A model generated the notes under the pieces. It was not told the origin of the DNA, did not search any database, and saw only the letters and a list, made by a program, of their open reading frames with translations. DNA of 32,000 nt, taken from assembly GCF_003945235.1 (NCBI RefSeq), contig NZ_RSDW01000001.1, positions 1,980,001-2,012,000 on the forward strand, given 5' to 3'. This DNA comes from Edaphobacter aggregans. GTDB taxonomy: Bacteria > Acidobacteriota > Terriglobia > Terriglobales > Acidobacteriaceae. The position numbers and the translations under genes were made by a program. Below are positions 16,884 to 25,452 of this stretch, one piece after another; position 1 is the first letter of the stretch, and every line of letters starts with the position of its first letter.

Positions 16884-19374
16884 CTCCATTCTCCGGCACC
16901 ACCACCTTCTTCACCGGCACAACAGAACTCTTCGGCACAACCTTCACAGCCTTCGGGCCGCCGGGAGCATCCGCGCTATCCCCGGGAAGCGCCGTCGAAC
17001 TTGGAGCAACACTCGTCCCAGCCTTCGCCGGAGGAGGCGCATCCGGCTCCTCCTCCTCAGGCGCCTCTTTCGGAGCAGCTGCCACGCCCCGATTCAAGGG
17101 CACGTCCAGCGTCTTCTTCGGAGCACCCTCAGCCGCAAACGTCTCATCCGGCTTATTCGCAATCGCCGCCTTCATAAAATCCATCCACATCGGCAGAGCC
17201 GCGCGAGCCCCCGTCTCCTTCTCCCCCAGCGACTGCCGATCGTCATACCCAATCCACGTCCCGCAAGTCACCGACGGCGAAAATCCAATGAACCACGCAT
17301 CCGTAAAATCATTCGTCGTCCCCGTCTTCCCCCCAAACGGATGCTTCATCTGCGAAGCCGCAACCGCCGTCCCCTGCCGCACCACAGCCTGCAGAAACTG
17401 CATCATCGTCCGAGCCGTCTCGACCGAGATCACCTCATCCACCTGCACCGAATCCTGATCGAACGGCAGCCCATCCGCCTGCGTCACCTTACGAATGTAA
17501 TGCGGCTCAATCCGAATCCCATCATTCGGAAAAACGCTGTAAGCCCCCACCTGCTCATACAGCGTAATGTCAGCCGACCCAATCGCCACCGGTAGAAACG
17601 CCGGAATATCGCTCGTCACCCCAAACCGGTGCGCCGTCTCGATCACCTTCCTGATCCCCACACGCGCGGCCAGTTTCAGCGCCGGAATATTCCGCGATTC
17701 GGCAAAAGCATTCAACAGCGTCATCGCGCCCTTATAGTTCGGCTCGTAGTTATGCGGCGTATACGGACCGCTCGGCGTAGGAAACGTCACCGGCCCGTCC
17801 ACAATAATGTCCGTAGGCTTGGCCCCCGCCTCTACCGCCGTCGTATACACATACGGTTTGAACGACGACCCCACCTGCCGCTGCGCCTGCGTCGCCCGAT
17901 TGAACTGCGACAGCGCAAAATCTCGTCCCCCCACCATCGCCAGCACCTCACCGCTGGCATTGTCCACCGCCATCATCGAAGCCTGCGCACCCGAGTCCTG
18001 CTGCAGCGAAGCCCGCCACGCCCCATCCGCGCCCTTCTCCTCAATCCGCACATACACCACATCGCCATTCCGCAGAAAGCTATCTCCATCCACATTCTGC
18101 GTCCACTTCCAATCCTCCGGCGTCATCACAACCTGCAGCCCACCCAACTTGACCGTGACCTTCTTCGCCTCAACCGAGGTCACCACCCCATGCACATAGC
18201 TACCCTTCTCCAGCGATTGCGTCCAATCCGGATGCTTGTACGTCTCGACATCCCCACCACCCAGCACCACGTTCGATAGATTCCCGACCCACCCCTTCCG
18301 CCGCTCATACGTAGCTATCCCATCCAGCACAGCCTTGTTCGCCACAATCTGCAGATCAAGATCGAGCGACGTATACACCCGCAACCCCGCGCCATGCACC
18401 TGTTCGACGCCATATTCCTTCTCAAGCTGCCGCCTTACCTCCTCCACAAAATAAGGCGCCACACTATTCGGCGGAGACTCAAGACGCAGCCCCAGCGGCG
18501 CCGACTTCGCCGCCTCAGCCTGAGCCTCCGTAATCTTCCCATCCGCCAGCATCTCGCTCAGCACAAGATTCCGCCGCCGTAGCGCCCGATCCGGAAACCG
18601 CACCGGCGAATAATACTCCGGCCCCTTCGGCAGCGCCGCCAGCAACGCCGCCTCGGGCAACGTCAAATCCTTCGCATGTTTGCTGAAGTAGTACTGCGAT
18701 CCCGCCTCAAACCCATACGTCCCACGCCCCAGATAGATCTGGTTGGCATACAGCTCAAAGATCTGCTGCTTGGTGAACCGCCGCTCGATCTGCATCGACA
18801 GAATCACTTCCTGTAGCTTCCGCCCGTAAGTCTTCTCCGAGGACAGAAAAAGATTCCGCGCCAGCTGCATCGTGATCGTCGAAGCCCCTTGCGCCCTACC
18901 CTGCGCATGCAGATCCCGATACGCCGCGCCCACCGCCCGCACCAGGTTCACCCCCCAGTTGCGTTCAAAGCTCTTATCCTCAATCGAGATAATCGCCTGC
19001 CGCAGCACCGGCGCAAACTCCGAGTACGGCACCACCACCCGCCGCTCCAGCGCAAACGACCCAAACACCTTGCCATGAATATCCAGCAATTCTGTTGTAG
19101 TATTCGGGTGATACCGCGCCAAATCCTCCATCTGCGGCAGATCGATCGAGTAGACCAGCATCAGCCCACACAGCGCCCCAAAGACGGCCGACAACCCCAG
19201 CAATGTATAGAAAGTAAACCGCCGCGCAATCCGGCGGCTCGGATACTCCGGCCCCATCAGTACGCGGCGAAAGAGTTGTCGCCACCGAGGCTCAACTTCA
19301 ACCTCAGCAGACGCCGTTTCGCGATGAAATAAGCTCGGCACTGGTCTCCCACAATAGCATGTACGAACACACAA
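16813..19374 (-). CDS. mrcA: Penicillin-binding protein 1A (bifunctional glycosyltransferase/transpeptidase)
   Basis: GT51 motifs IEDKSFERNWGV, GASTITMQLARN, RKLQEVILSMQIE. Transpeptidase motifs SSFKP (SxxK), SRN, KTGTTND. N-terminal TM helix and a Pro/Ala/Lys-rich C-terminal tail of about 110 aa. The start is uncertain: TTG 19374, GTG 19341 or ATG 19257. Confidence 0.9.
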   Translation of the reverse strand: MCVRTCYCGRPVPSLFHRETASAEVEVEPRWRQLFRRVLMGPEYPSRRIARRFTFYTLLGLSAVFGALCGLMLVYSIDLPQMEDLARYHPNTTTELLDIHGKVFGSFALERRVVVPYSEFAPVLRQAIISIEDKSFERNWGVNLVRAVGAAYRDLHAQGRAQGASTITMQLARNLFLSSEKTYGRKLQEVILSMQIERRFTKQQIFELYANQIYLGRGTYGFEAGSQYYFSKHAKDLTLPEAALLAALPKGPEYYSPVRFPDRALRRRNLVLSEMLADGKITEAQAEAAKSAPLGLRLESPPNSVAPYFVEEVRRQLEKEYGVEQVHGAGLRVYTSLDLDLQIVANKAVLDGIATYERRKGWVGNLSNVVLGGGDVETYKHPDWTQSLEKGSYVHGVVTSVEAKKVTVKLGGLQVVMTPEDWKWTQNVDGDSFLRNGDVVYVRIEEKGADGAWRASLQQDSGAQASMMAVDNASGEVLAMVGGRDFALSQFNRATQAQRQVGSSFKPYVYTTAVEAGAKPTDIIVDGPVTFPTPSGPYTPHNYEPNYKGAMTLLNAFAESRNIPALKLAARVGIRKVIETAHRFGVTSDIPAFLPVAIGSADITLYEQVGAYSVFPNDGIRIEPHYIRKVTQADGLPFDQDSVQVDEVISVETARTMMQFLQAVVRQGTAVAASQMKHPFGGKTGTTNDFTDAWFIGFSPSVTCGTWIGYDDRQSLGEKETGARAALPMWMDFMKAAIANKPDETFAAEGAPKKTLDVPLNRGVAAAPKEAPEEEEPDAPPPAKAGTSVAPSSTALPGDSADAPGGPKAVKVVPKSSVVPVKKVVVPENGATAPAKPSDEPRSGVSKPPADKE

Positions 19375-19419
19375 CTGCGGCAGATCAGAGTGCCAGGAAT
19401 CAGGAACGGAAAATCGTCG

Positions 19420-20649
19420 TTAAGCGGCCTTGCCCTTCAAAATATCAAGCGCCTTTGTAAGCTGCTCATCCACCGTCACGCTCGATTTCGCCGGCGCCGG
19501 CTGGGTATCGGCAGGCGTAGCATCATCATCCGCCACTCCGCCATCGTCAGTATTAGAAGCCACCAAAACTCCCGGCGTCACGCCCTCATCCTGCAGCTTC
19601 TTACCCGAAGGCGACTCGTACTTAGCCACCGAAAGAATCAACGCCGCACCATCCGACAGTTCAAACGTCTTCTGCTGAGCACCCTCGCCAAAAGTCTTCT
19701 CGCCCACAACCTCAGCGCGCTTGTTCTCCAGCAGAGCCGCAGCAACAAGCTCTCCCGGTCCAGCCGTCCCGCGATTCACCAGCACCACCACCGGAGCATT
19801 CGCATTGATCGCCTTTGAAGGATCAGCCGTAAACGTCTGCTTCTGCACCTTCTGCCCCTCGAGCATCGCAATCGTGCCCGACTTCAGCAACATATTCGCC
19901 AGCCGCGTAGCCTCTGTCATATCGCCCGCCGCAACATCTCGCAGGTCCAGCAGAATCTTCTTGTTCCCTGCCTTTGACATCCCCTTCAGCTTGGCCTCAA
20001 CCTGCTGCACATGGTCGTGATCCAGAACCACCGGCTTCAAATAGAGAATCGACGCGTTCTCATACATCGTCTCCGAAACCGGAGGCATCGCCATCATGGT
20101 CCGCGTCATCGTGACCTTATCCGGATTCGGCTTCCGCGGCCGCACCACCGAAACCGTCAGCTCGCTGCCCGGCTGTCCTTCCAGCAGCAACTGAATCATC
20201 GCCAGCGAGAGGTCCCGCGTATCCTGCGACCCAATCGCCTCGATAATGTCGCCGTCATTCAAATTCGCCTTGTCCGCCGGGCTTCCAGGCACCACCGAGA
20301 CCACCGTCGCATAGCCATACCGCTTCGACACGTTGATCCCAACCTGCGCCTTACCGCCCTTGTCCGCCTTATAAGTCTTGTAGTCTTCCGGCGTCAGGTA
20401 GCTCGAGTCCGCATCCAGCGACTCCAGCAGCCCACGCAGCGCGCCGTTCGTCACCGAATTGATGTTCGGCTCTTCGACATAATCCGTCTGGATGTGCCGC
20501 AACACCTGACTGTACACATCGATTTGCCGATATGCACCCTCCTGCTGTTCCGTGGCAGCGCTCACGCCGCTCGAGTTCACGCCGAGAAATACGGTGAGCA
20601 CCAAAACAACCGACACGACCAGCAGCAGAATCTTCGTAATCTTAGGCAT
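19420..20649 (-). CDS. S41 (C-terminal processing peptidase)-like PDZ protein, catalytic dyad apparently missing
   Basis: Signal/TM segment MPKITKILLLVVSVVLVLTVFLG, a PDZ domain (VVSVVPGSPADKANLNDGDIIEAIG) and an S41 core (ILLDLR...VVVLVNRGTAGPGELVAAALLENKRAEVVGEKTFGEG). The ATG at 20649 is preferred over the track start at 20709. See the finding on the GTAGPGE / FGEG motifs. Confidence 0.8.
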   Translation of the reverse strand: MPKITKILLLVVSVVLVLTVFLGVNSSGVSAATEQQEGAYRQIDVYSQVLRHIQTDYVEEPNINSVTNGALRGLLESLDADSSYLTPEDYKTYKADKGGKAQVGINVSKRYGYATVVSVVPGSPADKANLNDGDIIEAIGSQDTRDLSLAMIQLLLEGQPGSELTVSVVRPRKPNPDKVTMTRTMMAMPPVSETMYENASILYLKPVVLDHDHVQQVEAKLKGMSKAGNKKILLDLRDVAAGDMTEATRLANMLLKSGTIAMLEGQKVQKQTFTADPSKAINANAPVVVLVNRGTAGPGELVAAALLENKRAEVVGEKTFGEGAQQKTFELSDGAALILSVAKYESPSGKKLQDEGVTPGVLVASNTDDGGVADDDATPADTQPAPAKSSVTVDEQLTKALDILKGKAA

Positions 20650-20783
20650 AGACAAGAACATCTCCGGAACAACGTGACAGACACATCTCCACCGACAACA
20701 TGGCGACACGGGTTAGACGTAACCCGCTGCTGAAATGATACTCTCGTACGAAGATTGCGTGCGACCGGACGGTCTGCAACGTT

Positions 20784-20860
20784 TGGTGGCGGTGGACAGA
20801 ATCGAACTGTCGACCTACGGGTTATGAGTCCGTCGCTCTAACCATCTGAGCTACACCGCC
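20784..20860 (-). tRNA. tRNA-Met (anticodon CAU), elongator-type; an Ile2 (lysidine) identity cannot be excluded
   Basis: The reverse complement folds as a 77-nt cloverleaf: acceptor GGCGGTG/CACCGCC, D stem GCTC/GAGC, anticodon loop CTCATAA, T arm GACAG-TTCGATT-CTGTC, and an encoded CCA. The G1-C72 pair argues against an initiator. An A31/C39 mismatch closes the anticodon stem. Confidence 0.9.
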
Positions 20861-20957
20861 GATGTGGTGAGTGACCGCGCCCATCAGGACATTCAAGCCA
20901 AGCGCGACCCAAAGGAGAATCGCCGCGGCACAGTCAGATACCATCATACTTGATTCC

Positions 20958-21713
20958 ATGCCCCCCGAAAAGCGCACCCCTCGAATCCTCGGAGTGATCC
21001 CCGCCCGCCTCGCCTCCACGCGACTCCCCCGCAAAGTCCTCCGCAACATCGCCGGTCGCCCAATGCTTGCATGGGTTTACGAGGCCGCCTTGGCTTGCCC
21101 CCAACTCGACCAGGTCATCATCGCCACCGACTCCGACGAAGTCGCCGCCCTCTGCCATCAACAAAACTGGCCCGTCCAACTCACCTCGCCCGACCTCCCC
21201 AGCGGCACCGACCGCCTCCACGCCGTCTCCCAGCTCATCGACGCCGACATATACGTCAACATCCAGGGCGATGAACCCCTCCTCAAGCCCGAACACCTCA
21301 CCGCCCTCCTCCGCCCCTTCACCCGGCCCGAAGTCGAGGTCTCCACCCTAAAAGTCCGCTGCACCCCCGACAACATCAACAACCCCAACGCCGTAAAAGT
21401 AGTCACCGCCGCCGACGGTCGAGCCCTCTACTTCTCCCGCGCCACCATCCCCTACAACAGAGATCACGACCGCGACGGAACCACCCCCCAATACTGGAAG
21501 CACCTCGGCCTCTACGCCTACCGCAAAGCCGCCCTCCAGAGCTTCCCCACCCTTCCCCCCAGCACCCTCGAGCACACCGAGCGTCTCGAACAACTCCGCT
21601 TCCTCGAAAACAACATCCACATCCACGTCGAACCCACCGACCACGACACCATAGGCGTAGACACCGAAGAAGACCTCCAAAAAGTCGCGGCCATCCTTCT
21701 GCAACGGCGCTGA
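20958..21713 (+). CDS. kdsB: 3-deoxy-manno-octulosonate cytidylyltransferase (CMP-Kdo synthetase)
   Basis: ILGVIPARLASTRLPRKVL, GTDRL, VNIQGDEPL and HLGLYAYR. The ATG at 20958 is preferred; the track GTG at 20871 would abut the tRNA. Confidence 0.88.
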   Translation: MPPEKRTPRILGVIPARLASTRLPRKVLRNIAGRPMLAWVYEAALACPQLDQVIIATDSDEVAALCHQQNWPVQLTSPDLPSGTDRLHAVSQLIDADIYVNIQGDEPLLKPEHLTALLRPFTRPEVEVSTLKVRCTPDNINNPNAVKVVTAADGRALYFSRATIPYNRDHDRDGTTPQYWKHLGLYAYRKAALQSFPTLPPSTLEHTERLEQLRFLENNIHIHVEPTDHDTIGVDTEEDLQKVAAILLQRR

Positions 21714-21738
21714 TTTTTAGCTCAGTGCTTTTTTGTTT
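21707..21738 (+). terminator. Putative rho-independent terminator of kdsB
   Basis: gcgctga (21707-21713, includes the stop codon) pairs with tcagtgc (21722-21728; 7 bp with one G-U). It is followed by ttttttgtttg. Confidence 0.45.
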
Positions 21739-21768
21739 GTCATCCCCGCAGGAGATCTGCTTTTGCCG
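21737..21768. repeat. Dispersed intergenic repeat copy 2 (TTGTCATCCCCGCAGGAGATCTGCTTTTGCC)
   Basis: Shares TTGTCAT, GATCTG and TTTTGCC blocks with the copies at 1350-1436 and 21781-21824. Confidence 0.55.
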
Positions 21769-21780
21769 TTCTTGTTTTGC

Positions 21781-21824
21781 TTGTCATTACTGAGCCGAAG
21801 GCGAAGAACCCCCCGCATTTTGCC
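21781..21824. repeat. Dispersed intergenic repeat copy 3 (TTGTCATTACTGAGCCGAAGGCGAAGAACC...GCATTTTGCC)
   Basis: In tandem with copy 2, 13 nt downstream. It shares TTGTCAT, CTGAGC, CGAAG and TTTTGCC blocks with copy 1. Confidence 0.55.
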
Positions 21825-21954
21825 CGCACCGCCACAAATCCTCCATGGCGCGCCCACCCCAAAACCTGTCAAGCTCAAACATCAATCACCCCAAGCAAAA
21901 TCAACAACATACCATTGCTGATCCATTCCACCCAATCAGCTAAAATAGATATTA

Positions 21955-21989
21955 GGAAAGAGAAAAAGCCCCGGACACCAACCGGGGCT
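21955..21989 (-). terminator. Rho-independent terminator of the manC-pmm-HAD operon
   Basis: agccccgg (21967-21974) / ccggggct (21982-21989) form an 8-bp GC-rich stem with a 7-nt loop. On the - strand it is followed by tttttctcttt. It lies about 100 nt downstream of the HAD gene stop. Confidence 0.7.
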
Positions 21990-22090
21990 TTCCCTTTAAC
22001 CAGACCTGACCAAAACGAAGTCCAGACCTAAACATAATGAATCGAAGACTTTAGCACCGAAAGCACCCAGAGGGGGATACCCATGACCGA

Positions 22091-22756
22091 CTACGCCAAA
22101 GGAGTAAACCGCAATTCCAGCCCATCCCCCGCTACAGTAACCCCCAGCCTCTCCAGCGACTCAACCACCCAATCCGCCTCCGCCAACTCCTCAGCCGAGT
22201 GGGTCCCCAGCACTCCCAGCACCCGACACCCCGCAGCCACCCCAGCCCCTACCCCCGAAGGAGCATCCTCCACCACAATGCACTCCTCCGGCGAAAATCC
22301 AAGCAACCCAGCACCCCGGCGATACGGCTCCGGGTCAGGCTTCCCCCGCTCCACCATATCGGCACTAATCAGCCGAGCAGGAACCGGCAACCCAGCCGCC
22401 TCCAGCCGCCCCAGCAAAAGCCGCGTCGTAGCCGAAGTCACAATCGCCCACCGATCCAACGGAAGGCTCTCCATCAACTCCTTCACCCCGGGCAGAACCT
22501 TCAGATCCGCCGTGTCCTCCATCTCCATGTCTTCAATCACGCGAAGCCCCTCCTCCGCGTCGATGTCCGGCCTCAGACTCCGCACAATCTCAATCGCCCG
22601 CATTCCATGCGGAACCTCATACGTATCCGCGTTCGGAATGTCATACAGCTTCGCCCACCGCTGCCAGCACCGCACCACAGACCCGATGGAGCTGATCAGC
22701 ACCCCATCCATATCAAACAAAATTCCCTTCGTCTCAACCACAACCGGCTGACTCAA
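22091..22756 (-). CDS. HAD-superfamily hydrolase (sugar-phosphatase / beta-phosphoglucomutase-like, subfamily IA)
   Basis: Motif I ILFDMDGVLISS, motif II IVTSAT, motif III K (RGKPDPEPY), motif IV VVEDAPSGVGAGVAAG. The start overlaps the pmm stop by 4 nt. Confidence 0.8.
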   Translation of the reverse strand: MSQPVVVETKGILFDMDGVLISSIGSVVRCWQRWAKLYDIPNADTYEVPHGMRAIEIVRSLRPDIDAEEGLRVIEDMEMEDTADLKVLPGVKELMESLPLDRWAIVTSATTRLLLGRLEAAGLPVPARLISADMVERGKPDPEPYRRGAGLLGFSPEECIVVEDAPSGVGAGVAAGCRVLGVLGTHSAEELAEADWVVESLERLGVTVAGDGLELRFTPLA

Positions 22757-24195
22757 ACAGCACTCCCTTGCAATACAAACTGTTGCGCCGCCTCAAGCAC
22801 CTTGGCGACCGACTCCGTTGAACAACTCTCGCAATACACCCGCAGCAGTGGCTCCGTACCCGAAGCCCTCAGCAACAACCACGTCTCAGCAGCATTCGGC
22901 TTCGAACCGCAATCAGGATTCTCGAGGAAGAACTTAATGCCATCCATCGTCTCCACCCGCAGAACCTCCATCCCGGCAAAGTCCTTCACTCCAGCCTTCG
23001 CCCGGGCAATCGCAGACTGCTTCAACGCCTCATCAATATGCATATCCACGCGCCCATACTGGTGCTCGCCAAACTCCTCCTGCAGCGCCGCCACAAGCTC
23101 ACCCAGCGTCTTCTTCTCATCCGCCATCACATTGGCCAGCAGAAGCGAATTCAGTAACCCATCGCGCTCCGGAAGATGCCGGCTAATACCCACCCCACCC
23201 GACTCCTCGCCCCCAATCAAAATCTCCTTCTCCAGCATCAGGTCGCACACATACTTGAACCCGATCCCATGCTCATTCAGCTTCCGCCCATACTTTGCCG
23301 CAATGCGGTCGATCATCTTCGTCGTATTGAACGCCCGCGTCACTTCACCAGGCCACTTCTTCCGCTCCAGCAACCAATACATCAGGATGGAAAACACCTT
23401 ATGCGCATCGACAACGTTCCCATGCTCATCCACCGCGCCAATGCGATCCGCATCGCCATCCGTAATCAACCCGGCATCGCACTTCTCCGCAACCACAGCA
23501 AGCTGCGTCTCACGAATATGCGGCAGAATCGGCTCCGGATTGATCCCCGGAAACAGCGGATTCACCTCATTACGAATCTCCACAAACGGAATCCCAGCCC
23601 GCGTAAAGATCCCCGCAATCACCCCACGCCCAGCCCCATACATCACATCGATCAAAAACTTATATCCCGACTTACGAATCGCATCGAGATCGACAAACCG
23701 CTCAATCGCGGCAATGTAATCCGGATTGAAGTCCACCTCTTCGATCTTCGCTTTCGTCGCACTCACCGGCAGCGGCTTCTCCAGATAACTTTCAATCGAA
23801 GCCATGATCGAAGGCTTGCCTGACCCGCCATAACTAGCCTTGTACTTAACCCCGTTCCACTCCGCAGGATTGTGGCTCGACGTAATCATCACGCCACCAG
23901 CAGCCTTCCTCTCCCGCACCGCATACGACAGTGCAGGTGTCGGTGTAATCCCCGAAGCAAACGCCACAGGAATCCCCGCTCCAGCCAACACCTCAGCCAC
24001 AACCCGCGCAAACGACCGCGACCCAAACCGCGTGTCATACCCAATACAAACGCCCGCCGAAGCATCCTCATGCGCCAGCACATAGTTCGCAATCGCCGCC
24101 GCGGCCACCCTCACATTGGCATAGGTAAAGTCGTCAGCGATAATCCCCCGCCACCCATCGGTCCCAAACTTCACCACCGTCTTCGTCTCAACCAT
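22753..24195 (-). CDS. Phosphomannomutase/phosphoglucomutase (alpha-D-phosphohexomutase family)
   Basis: FGTDGWRG, active-site loop TSSHNPAEWNG, Mg loop TDGDADRIGAV, sugar loop GGEESGG and phosphate loop LRASGTEPLLRVY. Confidence 0.88.
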   Translation of the reverse strand: MVETKTVVKFGTDGWRGIIADDFTYANVRVAAAAIANYVLAHEDASAGVCIGYDTRFGSRSFARVVAEVLAGAGIPVAFASGITPTPALSYAVRERKAAGGVMITSSHNPAEWNGVKYKASYGGSGKPSIMASIESYLEKPLPVSATKAKIEEVDFNPDYIAAIERFVDLDAIRKSGYKFLIDVMYGAGRGVIAGIFTRAGIPFVEIRNEVNPLFPGINPEPILPHIRETQLAVVAEKCDAGLITDGDADRIGAVDEHGNVVDAHKVFSILMYWLLERKKWPGEVTRAFNTTKMIDRIAAKYGRKLNEHGIGFKYVCDLMLEKEILIGGEESGGVGISRHLPERDGLLNSLLLANVMADEKKTLGELVAALQEEFGEHQYGRVDMHIDEALKQSAIARAKAGVKDFAGMEVLRVETMDGIKFFLENPDCGSKPNAAETWLLLRASGTEPLLRVYCESCSTESVAKVLEAAQQFVLQGSAV

Positions 24196-24224
24196 ATTTT
24201 GCTTTTCTGCTCCGTATTCAGCGG

Positions 24225-25385
24225 CTAGATAAGATCTTCTCTGCCCTTGGTCTTCAGTTCTGCAACCACCTTGCCCACATCCTGCGACCGCTCGCGCGTC
24301 GTAATCAGCAAAGCATCCCCGGTCTGCACCACCACTAGATCGCTCACGCCCACCAACGCAATCACCTTACCCGGAGCATAAACATAGTTCCCGCACGAAT
24401 CGATCGAGATCGTCAGCGGATCTTGCCCATCGATCACATTGGCGATCGACACCATATCCGGCGGACACGCTGCCACATGTTCATGCAGCGCCGACCAGCA
24501 CCCTAGATCGTTCCACGCAAAATCACCCGGCAGACAATAAATCCCGGAGTTCATCTCACCCTTGGCCGACCGGGGCTCCAGCACCGCATAATCGATGCTG
24601 ATGTTCTCGCACTGCGGATACTCCTCGGCAAACACCCGCTCAAACTCCGCCGTCCCATACGCCGCGGCAATCTTCTCCAGCAGCGGAGCCATCGCCGGCC
24701 GAAACTCCCGTATCGCCCCAGCAAGCGTCCGCGCACTCCACAGAAAAATCCCGCCGTTCCAGGCATAATTTCCCGAAGCAACAAACTCCTCCGCCCGCGC
24801 GCGATCCGGCTTCTCCGTAAACCGCTTCACCCGCCGCACTTCGATCCCACTGTCAGCCACCGCAGGATCATCCACCACTCCACCCAGCTCGATATACCCA
24901 TAACCCGTCTCAGCCCGCGCCGGAGGCACACCCAACACCACGACCTTGTCCCCACTCGCAGCCAACGCCACGCCCGCTCGCACCACCTCCGCAAACCGAG
25001 CCGTGTCCTTAATCGCATGGTCCGAAGGAAAGATCCCAATCACCGTCTCCGGCGCAGTCCTCTCCAGCAAAAACGCAGCCAGCGCACACGCAGGAGCCGT
25101 ATTTCTCGCAGCCGGCTCACTCAGAATCCGCTCCCGAGGCACCTCCGGCAACTGCTCCCCGATCACATCATCCAGCAAATCATTCGTGATCACCCAAACA
25201 TCCGACGCATCTGCCAGCGGCAACAGACGATCCAGCGTCTGCTGAATCATCGTGCGCTGCCCATCCAGCGCCAGCACCTGCTTCGCCTTGGCCTTACGAC
25301 TCCGTGGCCAAAACCGCGTCCCACTCCCTCCTGCAAGAATCACAGGAGCAAACCGCACGTCAGATTTACTGCTTCCCATTGGCAT
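24225..25385 (-). CDS. manC: Mannose-1-phosphate guanylyltransferase
   Basis: ILAGGSGTRFWPRSR pyrophosphorylase signature, FTEKPD and NGGIFLW. The length (386 aa) fits a transferase without the cupin isomerase domain. Confidence 0.85.
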   Translation of the reverse strand: MPMGSSKSDVRFAPVILAGGSGTRFWPRSRKAKAKQVLALDGQRTMIQQTLDRLLPLADASDVWVITNDLLDDVIGEQLPEVPRERILSEPAARNTAPACALAAFLLERTAPETVIGIFPSDHAIKDTARFAEVVRAGVALAASGDKVVVLGVPPARAETGYGYIELGGVVDDPAVADSGIEVRRVKRFTEKPDRARAEEFVASGNYAWNGGIFLWSARTLAGAIREFRPAMAPLLEKIAAAYGTAEFERVFAEEYPQCENISIDYAVLEPRSAKGEMNSGIYCLPGDFAWNDLGCWSALHEHVAACPPDMVSIANVIDGQDPLTISIDSCGNYVYAPGKVIALVGVSDLVVVQTGDALLITTRERSQDVGKVVAELKTKGREDLI

Positions 25386-25398
25386 ATGGCTCCATAGT

Positions 25399-25434
25399 CA
25401 AGAAAAAGACCGCACCAACCTTCCTTGTGCGGCC
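25399..25434 (-). terminator. Terminator-like hairpin plus T-tract between the aminotransferase gene and manC
   Basis: - strand reads GGCCGCAC-AAGGAAGGTTG-GTGCGGTC-TTTTTCTTG (8 bp with one G-U). It lies 18 nt after the aminotransferase stop, and its T-tract ends only 13 nt before the manC ATG. Confidence 0.55.
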
Positions 25435-25452
25435 TCTCTCACAACTTCATTT

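Noticed and set aside
20710-20957. tRNA-Met as the anchor of an integrated element or genomic island
   Set aside because: There is no integrase, no phage or IS gene, and I could not spot a direct repeat of the tRNA 3' end nearby. The neighbours (the S41-like gene and kdsB) are core envelope genes with native codon bias.
22199-23719. 506-aa + strand ORF, plus similar long ORFs at 7812..9059, 11537..12529, 12534..13565, 25537..26550, 17629..18279 and 20011..20733
   Set aside because: All give Arg/Pro/His-rich nonsense translations antisense to or out of frame with well-supported genes (pmm, the GT-C gene, the HExxH protein, ygfZ-like, the aminotransferase, PBP1A, the S41-like gene). None has a recognisable motif.
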